NCBI GenBank assembly: GCA_902634185.1
Contig: CACPJC010000005.1
Location: 1 to 64,000 of the forward strand
Direction: 5' to 3'
From: an uncultured Candidatus Actinomarina sp.
GTDB taxonomy: Bacteria > Actinomycetota > Acidimicrobiia > Actinomarinales > Actinomarinaceae
DNA: 64,000 nt
The notes beneath the pieces are model-generated. The model had not been told where the DNA came from. It saw only the letters and a list, made by a program, of their open reading frames with translations, and searched no databases. Of this stretch, positions 1-8,944 are shown piece by piece. How positions within the stretch are numbered: position 1 is the first letter of the stretch; each line of letters starts with the position of its first letter. The translations under genes and the position numbers were made by a program.

Positions 1-1
1 T

Positions 2-907
2 GAGTTTGGGCCATACCCTATAAATGAATACAATGAGATCATAGGCGATGGAAGTGTCTATTTAGGATATTGTATTATTGATGTTTATGCGACTTCAACT
101 ACTACAACTACCACAACAACAATTCCTGAACCACCACCTCAAGCTACCCCTACAACTACGACTACGACTACGACAACAACTTCTACAACTACAACTACTA
201 TTCCTGAAGCATCGTATACTGCCACGCAATCACTTGGTTCATGTTCTGGGCCGTCAGGTACAAGAACTTCTACTTTAACTGTTACGAATAATCGTAGTGA
301 AGCCCGTTGGTACCAATATGGACAATCATTAAATGATGGCGGATCTTTTGCACCCATAGGAATCACGCGTTTAGATCCAGGTTCTACGCTTACTAGCACC
401 CAAGTAGTACCTGATGGCTCATCCATTATATGGAGAGTTAATGAGTCAGTTAATTCACTCGGTATAGGTGGTTATTCAGATTATGTGAATTTAAGTGCAA
501 GTGATACTGTTGACTGTCCTGATGGCTACTACGTAAATGTCGATGGTTCCAATACATATGCTTTGAACTTAGAGTGTAGAAACTGGAATAGCAATACAAG
601 GGCTAACTTTCGGGCTAATCCATGGTGGATGAACGATGATGGAGATACTGCTAAAAATTATATGTCTGCACTTAAAGCACTGACTGGTACATATGATGAT
701 GGTGATACAGATGTTGAGATCACAGATTATTTTGATTATTCATCATCTTTTCCAGGCAATTGTACCGGACTAGGTCCAGCAGCAAATTTTGTTTATTCAC
801 GAAGCTCGGGTAATTTTTTTGCACCTGATTGGGACAATCCTGCACTTGAAAATAGTTGGAACAGCTCGGATCGTGACTATGTTTTTATGGCTGAATTAGT
901 ACCTTAA
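2..907 (+). CDS. 5'-truncated secreted/surface protein with Thr-rich linkers (C-terminal part only)
   Basis: Frame 2 is open from base 2 to TAA at 907, in frame with track ORF 485..907: EFGPYP...TSTTTTTTTTIPEPPPQATPTTTTTTTTTTSTTTTTTIPEASY...; rich in Cys, Trp, Asn and Gly. Confidence 0.8.
   Translation, partial: EFGPYPINEYNEIIGDGSVYLGYCIIDVYATSTTTTTTTTIPEPPPQATPTTTTTTTTTTSTTTTTIPEASYTATQSLGSCSGPSGTRTSTLTVTNNRSEARWYQYGQSLNDGGSFAPIGITRLDPGSTLTSTQVVPDGSSIIWRVNESVNSLGIGGYSDYVNLSASDTVDCPDGYYVNVDGSNTYALNLECRNWNSNTRANFRANPWWMNDDGDTAKNYMSALKALTGTYDDGDTDVEITDYFDYSSSFPGNCTGLGPAANFVYSRSSGNFFAPDWDNPALENSWNSSDRDYVFMAELVP
92..208 (+). repeat. Low-complexity ACN repeat encoding two poly-Thr-IPE units
   Basis: acttcaactactacaactaccacaacaacaattcctgaa ... 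acttctacaactacaactactattcctgaa. Confidence 0.85.
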
Positions 908-931
908 GAATATTTTTTTATTAATAATTGC

Positions 932-1804
932 TTACTTAAAAAATTTCATCATCAGTACCGGAGTATTCTCTTTGTACTGTTGATATTCAGGTAAATCACC
1001 ATAACGCTCTTCAGCAATACGCTCCAACATAGGGACACCTTCTGCTTTTCTTAAAAGTAAGTAAACAAAGACTGGAGATACGATTGCTGTTACGTACTCA
1101 ATTCCAGATAAAGAACTAAGAGATAATACAGCCATGCCAATCCAAAGCGTAATCTCACCAAAATAATTTGGATGACGAGATCTTGCCCAAAGGCCATTTG
1201 ATATGAACTCGGTTTTTGGATCTGATGATTCTCTAAATTTTCTTTTTTGATAATCAGCAATAACCTCAATTAAGAACCCTGACCACCACAAAAATATTCC
1301 AATAAATGCAATAATGTCTAACTCTGTTTCTACTGGTGAAAGAATGGCCAAGACAGATGCACCTGCAGTGAATACAACCCATGCAGCTTGTCCTATCCAG
1401 TACTGCAAGAACCAAAAGAATTTCTTTTTAGCTTTATCAAATCGTACATCTTTACCAACTTTGTTAATTCTTCTAAAGAGGAATATTCCAAGTCTTCCAG
1501 CCCAAATAACAACATAAAGAAAAAGAATCGTATCAGTTGTCGTGGGGTTATCAAGTGAAAAGTAAGCAATACTTGTTACTGATATGTATGTGAGACTACC
1601 CGTGAGATCGTAAAATTTTTCTGATTTAAAAATAAAGGAAGGTAAAAAGATTAAAAATTGGATTAACACAGCAATGGTTATCAGAAATTTAAAAGAATTA
1701 AATCCAAGTATTTCTGTTTCGATATTGTTTGCAGTAAAACTGTAAAGATAAATTGCGACCAGAGTTAATGAAATGTTTAAGATATTTTGAGTCTGTTTAT
1801 TCAT
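932..1804 (-). CDS. DUF1295 family membrane protein (steroid 5-alpha-reductase-like)
   Basis: Multi-TM; motifs YDLTGS, KDVRF, ADYQK, GLWARSRHPNYFGE, GVPMLE. Confidence 0.9.
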   Translation of the reverse strand: MNKQTQNILNISLTLVAIYLYSFTANNIETEILGFNSFKFLITIAVLIQFLIFLPSFIFKSEKFYDLTGSLTYISVTSIAYFSLDNPTTTDTILFLYVVIWAGRLGIFLFRRINKVGKDVRFDKAKKKFFWFLQYWIGQAAWVVFTAGASVLAILSPVETELDIIAFIGIFLWWSGFLIEVIADYQKRKFRESSDPKTEFISNGLWARSRHPNYFGEITLWIGMAVLSLSSLSGIEYVTAIVSPVFVYLLLRKAEGVPMLERIAEERYGDLPEYQQYKENTPVLMMKFFK

Positions 1805-1823
1805 ATTGAATTATTATAAGCAC

Positions 1824-2180
1824 ATGGATGATTACATTATTAAAAGATTCGAAAACCCTGATGAAGTCAGAGAGTTTGATAAAGGAAAATATGAAGTAGT
1901 AAATCTTCCACATATGACTATCGGTAAGGCAACGTATCATAAAGGGTGGAAATGGTCAGATGATGTCTCCCCTCTTTCTGGAACAGAGTTTTGCGAGACA
2001 GAACATTTAGGAATGGTTATTAGTGGAAATGCTACAGTAGCATTTGAAAATGAAGAGCCAAAAATAATTGGCCCTGGAGATATATTTTATGTGTCAAATA
2101 CCCCACACGATAGCTGGGTTGTTGGAGACAAGGATTATGTCTCAATTCATTTTATGGGTGCAGAGAAATACGCTGACTAA
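1824..2180 (+). CDS. Cupin domain protein
   Basis: GWKWS..C..EHLGMVISG..IGPGD..PHDSWVVG; ATG 1824 preferred over the track TTG at 1806 (TATTAT 6 nt upstream). Confidence 0.85.
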   Translation: MDDYIIKRFENPDEVREFDKGKYEVVNLPHMTIGKATYHKGWKWSDDVSPLSGTEFCETEHLGMVISGNATVAFENEEPKIIGPGDIFYVSNTPHDSWVVGDKDYVSIHFMGAEKYAD

Positions 2181-2200
2181 ATAGATCTAAGGGCCTCATC

Positions 2201-3478
2201 ATGAGTAAAAAAATATATGTTCTCTGGTTTGGTCAAACTTTATCATGGACAGGATCTGCAATGTCATTTTTTGCGATTGGTGTTTGGATATTTGAAACAA
2301 CAGGCAAAGCAAGTGCATTATCTTCAATATTATTTACGGTAGGCATAATCGGAGTTATCACCGGACCATTTGGAGGGGTTCTCGCTGATAGATTTCCAAG
2401 AAAACAATTAATTATAAGTTTTGACCTTATAATTGCTTTCTTAATGTGTCTTATTGGATACTTTGCAATAAACGATAAGTTAACCCTAATAATGCTTATT
2501 CCATTTGCGTTAGCATTTGGGATATTTGAAATAGCTCATTGGACAACTTGGAGTGCCTATCTTGGAGATGTTGTAAAAAAACAACATGTTACAAAAATCT
2601 CTGCATTGTTCGAAAGTGCTGAGGCATTTGCTGTTTTGCTTGGGCCAATTGGTGGAGCATTAATTTATTCGTATTTCGGCCTGCCTGGAGTAATTCTTGT
2701 TGATCTTATTACATGTATTTTCGGGATTGTAACTATCTCTTTTTTCAAAAGTGAAAAAAATGGAAACAGCAATAAATTAAATTTCAACAATGTGTACTTT
2801 GACTTAAAAGAAGCATATGTATGGTTAAAAAATCAAAAAGGATTACTAACACTTGTCTCTATTTTGAGTATCTCTAACTTTTTATGGGGTTTTACTACTG
2901 TTCTTTTACCACCAATGGTTTTAACTTTTTCAGATGCGAGGGGTCTTGGAATAATTGAGTCAACCATAGGATTGGCTTTTCTAATTGGTTCAATTATTTC
3001 TCTACGTTACTCAGAACATCTTCAGGGAAACTTAAAGCTTGCTATACAATGTGGACTATTAGGTGGAGTGAGTTTAATTTTTGGCTCACTTCGACCAAGT
3101 ATTTTCCTTCTTTGTATATATGGAATAATTAGTGGTGTCAGCGGTACTGTACAATATACAATATCTTCAGGCGCATGGTTAGCTATAACAGATATAAATA
3201 TTAGAGGTCGTGCGTTGGCACTTCGTGGCACAATTGCACAAATGTTACGACCAATTGGTGTCCTTATTGCTGGTCCATTAGGAGATTATTTAGAGTTTTC
3301 TTTTTATCCAGACAATATTGAAATGCTGGCACCACTAATTGGAACAGGTACTGGAAGAGGGTACGCTTTATTGTTTTTATTAGTTGGAATTTTATATATT
3401 TGTGTTTGGGCGATAAATTACAATAATAAAAATTTAAAGAAACTTAGTAAGCAAGTTTTAGAAATAACTAGTAATTAA
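2201..3478 (+). CDS. MFS transporter (DHA3/macrolide efflux-like)
   Basis: About 12 TM segments; GVLADRFPRK motif A; RGRA in second half. Confidence 0.9.
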   Translation: MSKKIYVLWFGQTLSWTGSAMSFFAIGVWIFETTGKASALSSILFTVGIIGVITGPFGGVLADRFPRKQLIISFDLIIAFLMCLIGYFAINDKLTLIMLIPFALAFGIFEIAHWTTWSAYLGDVVKKQHVTKISALFESAEAFAVLLGPIGGALIYSYFGLPGVILVDLITCIFGIVTISFFKSEKNGNSNKLNFNNVYFDLKEAYVWLKNQKGLLTLVSILSISNFLWGFTTVLLPPMVLTFSDARGLGIIESTIGLAFLIGSIISLRYSEHLQGNLKLAIQCGLLGGVSLIFGSLRPSIFLLCIYGIISGVSGTVQYTISSGAWLAITDINIRGRALALRGTIAQMLRPIGVLIAGPLGDYLEFSFYPDNIEMLAPLIGTGTGRGYALLFLLVGILYICVWAINYNNKNLKKLSKQVLEITSN

Positions 3479-3486
3479 TTATTTTG

Positions 3487-3560
3487 TGGGAGATACAAGA
3501 TTTGAACTTGTGACCCCTTGCGTGTCGAGCAAGTGCTCTGCCGGACTGAGCTAATCTCCC
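3487..3560 (-). tRNA. tRNA-Val(GAC), CCA not encoded
   Basis: Reverse complement GGGAGAT TA GCTC AGTCCGGCA GAGC A CTTGC TCGACAC GCAAG GGGTC ACAAG TTCAAAT CTTGT ATCTCCC A folds as a cloverleaf. Confidence 0.95.
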
Positions 3561-3602
3561 GTATAAAAAAATATAGCAGTATAAATCAGATTTGTAGAAT
3601 GA

Positions 3603-3806
3603 TTATTTTTCTACAGTAACGATTCTTTTACCAAATCGAAGAAATAGTCTCTCTGTTAACTCAATAATTAAATTTAAAACCCAAAGGCCAAGATAGAGAG
3701 CGATAAAGAAATTGATAATTTGAAAAAGAAGAAAAACAATTGCACCATAAACAATGATCCAAGAGATCGTAAACTTCAGAGAATAAATTGGTGACTGACT
3801 ATTCAT
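3603..3806 (-). CDS. Small hypothetical membrane protein
   Basis: 67 aa, hydrophobic; TAATG overlap with the upstream SRAP gene. Confidence 0.7.
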   Translation of the reverse strand: MNSQSPIYSLKFTISWIIVYGAIVFLLFQIINFFIALYLGLWVLNLIIELTERLFLRFGKRIVTVEK

Positions 3807-4450
3807 TAAAATGGAACCTCATTGAACTCTTCAATAAGGGATGCATTATTGTTCTTAGGATTATTTACTGATCTTGTCACTTGATAGTATTCAATGGTGC
3901 TCCCAAAATCATGTGAGATATTTGCATGAATATTTTCATGATTATCATCTGATAACCAAATACCCATCGATACATCATCAAGAATTAAAGGTGAGCGGTC
4001 ATGTACTTCATTAATTTCTATCGGTGCAGCGGTTGTTATTATCGTAAACTCTTTAGTTCCATCTGATCGTTGCCAATACAATCCTGCGGCAAACATATTT
4101 TCATTATCTTTATGTTTAAAGAAAAAAGGCTGTTTTGCATCATCAATTACTTTCCATTCATACCAGCCAGATATTGGTACTAAGCATCTACTCTTCTTAA
4201 ATGCCGATATAAATGTTTTCTTCTCCAGTAATGACTCAAATCTTGTATTAAACAATGGCTTAGAATTGCTTTGATCTTTCAACCACTGTGGATAATACCC
4301 CCAAGTACAATTTACTAAACTATTGTCAATTACAACCGGGACACTGGCCTGTGGTGCAATATTGAAGTTGTCTTCAAAATCATATTTACTGAGATTATCT
4401 ACAAATGATAAATTACCGAGATCAATTGATAAGTAATAACGTCCACACAT
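3806..4450 (-). CDS. SOS response-associated peptidase (SRAP/YedK/HMCES family, abasic-site protection)
   Basis: N-terminal MCGRY (catalytic Cys2), FNIAP, RCLVP..GWYEW, HDR.P, VNNPKNN. Confidence 0.93.
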   Translation of the reverse strand: MCGRYYLSIDLGNLSFVDNLSKYDFEDNFNIAPQASVPVVIDNSLVNCTWGYYPQWLKDQSNSKPLFNTRFESLLEKKTFISAFKKSRCLVPISGWYEWKVIDDAKQPFFFKHKDNENMFAAGLYWQRSDGTKEFTIITTAAPIEINEVHDRSPLILDDVSMGIWLSDDNHENIHANISHDFGSTIEYYQVTRSVNNPKNNNASLIEEFNEVPF

Positions 4451-5128
4451 TTAAAAATCCAATACTGATAATTCTAGTATGTCGCCATTCTTGAAAGATT
4501 GCTCATCTTTCTTGTGCATAATATGTACTTGTTGGTCACCGATAATCTCCAACTTATCACCATTGAGTACGAGATACGTATTCATTTCTAATCCAAGAAT
4601 TTTATATTTTGATTTATGAATCTGTTTAGAGGAGGTAAGTATTGCTTTGTAAAGTACTTCATTCCAGTGAGGTAAAACCATAGAGTTTTTAAAAAAACCA
4701 AAACCTTTACCCTTATTCATTTTCTCACCCATAATCATTGCTCCTGCACTGCAACCAGCCAGGATGCCTCCATTATTGTGAATAGATAATATTTTTTCCC
4801 AAGCTAAAGACTTGCTAAGTGTCTCGTAAAGATGATTTGGGTTTCCTCCAGAAAAATATATAAAATTTGCTTTATCAATCTCAGCTATAGTTTCGGGTTT
4901 ATTGTAATCGCTAACATTAAGGGCTTTTATAGATTTGTGTTCTACACCTAGTTTTTCAAAATGTTCATCAGCTAAATTAAGCCAATATCTTATTCTCTCA
5001 TCGCTTTCAAGTCCTGCTGCAGTAGGAAATGAGAGAACATAAGGTTCATCCTCTAATTTATCTAATAACACTTTATCGTAAGAACGAATAGTGTCTAAGT
5101 ATTCTCCAGCACCAGTAATAGCAATCAT
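4451..5128 (-). CDS. Peptidase S51 / cyanophycinase-like class I glutamine amidotransferase-fold protein
   Basis: GAGE, PTAAG, YFSGGNP, GCSAGA nucleophile elbow, LPHW; real start ATG 5128, the track extension runs through tRNAs. Confidence 0.88.
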   Translation of the reverse strand: MIAITGAGEYLDTIRSYDKVLLDKLEDEPYVLSFPTAAGLESDERIRYWLNLADEHFEKLGVEHKSIKALNVSDYNKPETIAEIDKANFIYFSGGNPNHLYETLSKSLAWEKILSIHNNGGILAGCSAGAMIMGEKMNKGKGFGFFKNSMVLPHWNEVLYKAILTSSKQIHKSKYKILGLEMNTYLVLNGDKLEIIGDQQVHIMHKKDEQSFKNGDILELSVLDF

Positions 5129-5137
5129 TTTAATTTG

Positions 5138-5208
5138 AGGCGACGACCGGAATCGAACCGGTGTACAAGGTTTTGCAGACCTCTGCGTAGCCACTCCGCC
5201 ACGTCGCC
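5138..5208 (-). tRNA. tRNA-Cys(GCA), CCA not encoded
   Basis: GGCGACGTGGCGGAGTGGCTACGCAGAGGTCTGCAAAACCTTGTACACCGGTTCGATTCCGGTCGTCGCCT; U73 discriminator. Confidence 0.96.
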
Positions 5209-5212
5209 AGTG

Positions 5213-5285
5213 AGCGGAAGACGGGGTTCGAACCCGCGGCCTTAACCTTGGCAAGGTTACGCTCTACCAACTGAGCTACTTCCGC
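5213..5285 (-). tRNA. tRNA-Gly(GCC), CCA not encoded
   Basis: GCGGAAGTAGCTCAGTTGGTAGAGCGTAACCTTGCCAAGGTTAAGGCCGCGGGTTCGAACCCCGTCTTCCGCT. Confidence 0.96.
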
Positions 5286-5329
5286 AATAAATTAATGATA
5301 GTTTATATCTGAGTTTTTTAAAAAAGAAA

Positions 5330-5767
5330 TTAATCAGTGGATCCAAAACCACCAGATGACCTATCTGTCTCTGGCAATGAATCAACTACTTTAAAATCTA
5401 CGATGTGAGTATTTACAAGGACAAGTTGTGCAATTCTATCTCCAGATTTAATAATGTAATCTTTGTCTCCATGATTCATTAAGGGTACTAATAATTCACC
5501 TGTGTATCCTGGATCAATTAATCCAGGGCTATTTATAAGCGTAATTTTATGCTTCGTTGATAGACCTGATCGTGGTAGAACAAATCCTGCACATTGTTGT
5601 GGAAGATTTATTGCAATACCAGTATTGACGAGAGTGACTTCATTTGAAATTAATGTGACATCATCGGAAGCACTAATGTCATATCCGATATCGGATGCAT
5701 GCTTTTGAGAAGGTACTTTTCCATTTGAGCTTATAAGTTGTATTTCTATCTCAATATTTTTATTCAA
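5330..5767 (-). CDS. dut: dUTP diphosphatase
   Basis: GYDI, PRSGL, NSPGLIDPGYTGE, GDRIAQL, RSSGGFGST. Confidence 0.96.
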   Translation of the reverse strand: MNKNIEIEIQLISSNGKVPSQKHASDIGYDISASDDVTLISNEVTLVNTGIAINLPQQCAGFVLPRSGLSTKHKITLINSPGLIDPGYTGELLVPLMNHGDKDYIIKSGDRIAQLVLVNTHIVDFKVVDSLPETDRSSGGFGSTD

Positions 5768-5780
5768 TGGTAACCTTTCA

Positions 5781-6842
5781 TTGATGAATATTAGAGATTA
5801 TCTTTTTATAAGGAAAGCGAAAACCTCAAATAAAATCAAAATTCTTGATGTACTTGGTTTTGAAGCTGATACAACAATTATCCAAACACCAGACATCATT
5901 AAAGAGATGGATAATTTAAGAATTACAAATGAATTTGAGATGGTAGATGAAGAGATAGAATCTGTACAAATAGGTCAAGAACTCGTAACGACAAAAGAAA
6001 ATATTTTTGATACACGTGAAATTGAAGACTCTAATCCAGACACTCAGACATTTGTTCCATTAAATATAACTTCACAAATAAAGAAAATTTGGACAGATTT
6101 AGAAATGAGAAGACAGTGGGTTGTTCCAACACTCTTAGTAGTAGCTACAGTAAGCATCATAAGTTTTGTATCATTGTTTTTTATTAATATGCGAAATAAT
6201 AATATTCAAAATGAAACTATTGCTGTTTCAATTACAGAGAATACGAATAATAATATAGGTCAAATTCCTCAATTATTAGATGTTGCTACTAATCCTTTTT
6301 ATTCTCGTTACGACGTATCAAATGCAAGCGCAAATTTACAGATTATTGAAACATCATTACTTCAATATCAAGAAAATCTAGAAAATAGAGATATTTCAGA
6401 TTCAGAACCTGTCTTTGCTTCATTAAATTTACTATTTGATATCGTAGATAAACTCGATCAATTATTTACATATAGAATTATGCACTCTGAAATATTGATA
6501 TACGACGATATTCTTCGAATTGATGAAGATACAAATATCGATACACTTGCCACTGAATTGTCATTAATTGGTGCAAAAAGTAATTTAAATGGCGAGACAT
6601 TACCTGATTTAGAAGAATTTAGAGAACATAAAGAACTTGTTAACTCAGCTTTAACTACAGCTCAAGATCTTCATGGTCGATTAGTTGCGTCATTAAGAAA
6701 TAACGAAAATGAAGTTGCGTTAACCTTAATTAGTGCCATCGAACTAAATAAAGAAACAGAAATTGCATTTTTTAATTCAACATTACAGATTTTTAACGAT
6801 AAGTATTCCGAAATATTAAAAAGCATAGGAAATTTACCCTAA
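5781..6842 (+). CDS. Hypothetical single-pass membrane protein with a helical C-terminal region
   Basis: 353-aa ORF, one hydrophobic segment (VVPTLLVVATVSIISFVSLFFI); no recognisable family motif. Confidence 0.75.
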   Translation: MMNIRDYLFIRKAKTSNKIKILDVLGFEADTTIIQTPDIIKEMDNLRITNEFEMVDEEIESVQIGQELVTTKENIFDTREIEDSNPDTQTFVPLNITSQIKKIWTDLEMRRQWVVPTLLVVATVSIISFVSLFFINMRNNNIQNETIAVSITENTNNNIGQIPQLLDVATNPFYSRYDVSNASANLQIIETSLLQYQENLENRDISDSEPVFASLNLLFDIVDKLDQLFTYRIMHSEILIYDDILRIDEDTNIDTLATELSLIGAKSNLNGETLPDLEEFREHKELVNSALTTAQDLHGRLVASLRNNENEVALTLISAIELNKETEIAFFNSTLQIFNDKYSEILKSIGNLP

Positions 6843-7273
6843 TTTAGTTCAGCTGCCTCTTTTTCAAAATCAGTTACATCAGAAAATTCTTTATACACTG
6901 AAGCAAATCTTAAATAAGCAACTTCATTGACATCTTTGAGGTGAATAAGTACAGTTTCACCAATTATATTTGATTTTATTTTTTTTCCATGTAATTTTAT
7001 ATCTTTGTGGACGTTGTCTACAAGAGTTTTAAGTTTTTTATCGCTAATGTCAATTCCACCAAATGCATTATCTATACCTTGATATAACTTTTCATAGCTA
7101 AATTCCTCAATATCCCCACTTCTTTTTTCAACCATTAAGCTTATGTCTGCTTTTTCATAGGTGGTAAAACGAAGTCCGCAAGTTGAACATTCTCTTCTTC
7201 TACGAATACCTTCACTGTTTTTTCTAGAGTCAATAACACTAGTTACGCAGTTTTCGCCAAAAGGACATACCAT
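6839..7273 (-). CDS. nrdR: Transcriptional repressor NrdR
   Basis: VIDSR..IRRRRECSTCGLRFTTYE, ATP-cone, VAYLRFASVYKEF. Confidence 0.96.
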   Translation of the reverse strand: MVCPFGENCVTSVIDSRKNSEGIRRRRECSTCGLRFTTYEKADISLMVEKRSGDIEEFSYEKLYQGIDNAFGGIDISDKKLKTLVDNVHKDIKLHGKKIKSNIIGETVLIHLKDVNEVAYLRFASVYKEFSDVTDFEKEAAELN

Positions 7274-7316
7274 ATATAGTGTATTATAGAAATGAGAGAA
7301 TTTTGTAACAAATAAA

Positions 7317-7574
7317 TTAAGGAATAATTAAGATTTGATCTTCAAAAATCTTGGAATTATCTAAATTATTTATTTTTTTTGTCTCAAATAAAAAATTTTC
7401 TATATCTATTGAATCATACTTTAAAGCTATACCCCAAAGTGAATCACCTTTTTGAACATGATATGTCATAAGACCATTGTTTATTGGGATAGTTAGGGAA
7501 TTATTTTTAATTATTGGTGTAGTAATTAGTGAAAATATTGTCAAAAATGTAAATAATATTAACTTTTCTTTCAT
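7317..7574 (-). CDS. LysM peptidoglycan-binding protein with N-terminal TM (YneA/ChiZ-like SOS division inhibitor candidate)
   Basis: YHVQKGDSLWGIA..INNL..IFEDQILIIP; divergent from lexA, upstream of nrdR. Confidence 0.85.
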   Translation of the reverse strand: MKEKLILFTFLTIFSLITTPIIKNNSLTIPINNGLMTYHVQKGDSLWGIALKYDSIDIENFLFETKKINNLDNSKIFEDQILIIP

Positions 7575-7613
7575 AAAAATATATTAAAAACCGCGTATGA
7601 CACTTTTTTTATT

Positions 7614-7627
7614 CGAACATATGTACT
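7614..7627. promoter_or_regulatory. Degenerate LexA (SOS) box in the lexA/LysM divergent promoter
   Basis: CGAAC-ATAT-GTACT versus the Gram-positive consensus CGAAC-N4-GTTCG; abuts the TAATAT -10 of lexA. Confidence 0.75.
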
Positions 7628-7638
7628 AATATATAATT

Positions 7639-8226
7639 ATGGTTTCTGAAAAACAAAAGAATATTTTAAATTTTATAAATATATTTATCGAAAAAAATGG
7701 ATTTGCACCTTCAGTAAGAGAAATCTGCCAAGGAGTAAGTCTTAAATCAACAAGCACAGTCCAATATCACCTTGAAAAACTAATCCAATCAGGATTACTA
7801 CAAAAAAACTATAAGAAATCTCGTGCTTTGACTGTAAACAACCAACTATCGAACAAAAAAATTCCGATACTTGGAGAAATTGCTGCAGGATCTTTACTTA
7901 TGGCTGAGGAAAACGTTATTGGAGCTGTGAATTATCCAAATACTGATGAAAAATCTGATCTATTTGCTTTATCAGTTTCGGGAGATTCGATGATCGATGA
8001 GGGAATTCATGAAAAAGATTTAGTTATTATCAATAAAAATGAACCAATTAAAAATGGAGATATAGGTGCATTTCTTATAAATAACTCAGAAGGTACTATT
8101 AAATTTCTCAAAAATATTCAGGGTAAACAATACCTAGTACCTGCAAATAAGAACTATGAAAAAATTCCAGTTAATGAAAATATACAACCTATAGGAAAAG
8201 TTGTTTCGTTAATTAGAGATATGTAA
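7639..8226 (+). CDS. lexA: SOS repressor LexA
   Basis: wHTH GFAPSVREIC..STSTV..HL; IAAG cleavage site; SGDSM Ser; GTIK Lys. Confidence 0.96.
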   Translation: MVSEKQKNILNFINIFIEKNGFAPSVREICQGVSLKSTSTVQYHLEKLIQSGLLQKNYKKSRALTVNNQLSNKKIPILGEIAAGSLLMAEENVIGAVNYPNTDEKSDLFALSVSGDSMIDEGIHEKDLVIINKNEPIKNGDIGAFLINNSEGTIKFLKNIQGKQYLVPANKNYEKIPVNENIQPIGKVVSLIRDM

Positions 8227-8944
8227 CTTCACCTTTAAGATACAACTTTTCTTTTTCATAAGATAGTTCTAGCTCTCCACCAGGAAATAAAACGATTGCA
8301 TCATCATCAACTTTATTAATTTCTCTTAAATATGTAAACAAAGCTAAAGCTCCAGAACCACAAGCGTCTGTTTCGCCAACTCCCCTTTCATTTACTCTTG
8401 CGTAAATAAATTTACGTTCAACAACTGAATAGATTTCAACATTTACACCATTAGAAAATACATCAAGTTTTCTGGCATTTAATGAAAATTTCTCAAGATC
8501 AAATCTCTCTACATCATCCACTTCAACCATAAGATGAGGATTTCCAACTTCACTAGTTGTGCATATATAGCTATCAATTTCGATACTTTTACCGGTCGTA
8601 GGAAGAGGTGCTTCAATTTTTACATAATCGTTTTCTACAAATGCTTTTATATCACCAACTGGAGCTTTAACAATCAAATTTTTAGTATCTACTAAGTTAT
8701 TGTCTACTGCAAATTTAGCTGTACAACGAACACCATTTACACATAGCTCAGCAGGAGTTCCATCATTATTAAAATAGTGCATTTTCACTGTTGAACTATC
8801 TATACCCTCTACCAATATGACTCCATCAATAGGAAAAAGTGCATCACTTACAATTGAAATAATTTCTATATCTGATAAGTCTCGATCGTACTCAGTACAT
8901 ATAAAATCATTGCCTGTTCCTGACATATAAGATTCATTTACCAT
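8213..8944 (-). CDS. dapF: Diaminopimelate epimerase
   Basis: GTGNDF, NNDGT.AELCVNG, GNPH, ERGVGETDACGSG. Confidence 0.95.
   Translation of the reverse strand: MVNESYMSGTGNDFICTEYDRDLSDIEIISIVSDALFPIDGVILVEGIDSSTVKMHYFNNDGTPAELCVNGVRCTAKFAVDNNLVDTKNLIVKAPVGDIKAFVENDYVKIEAPLPTTGKSIEIDSYICTTSEVGNPHLMVEVDDVERFDLEKFSLNARKLDVFSNGVNVEIYSVVERKFIYARVNERGVGETDACGSGALALFTYLREINKVDDDAIVLFPGGELELSYEKEKLYLKGEVTYL

Noticed and set aside
78-426. Track ORFs 78..278 (+, LQ-rich) and 139..426 (-, poly-Val)
   Set aside because: Shadow frames of the poly-Thr repeat within the real frame-2 CDS.
5129-5254. N-terminal extension of track ORF 4451..5254
   Set aside because: It runs through tRNA-Cys and tRNA-Gly; the real start is ATG 5128.
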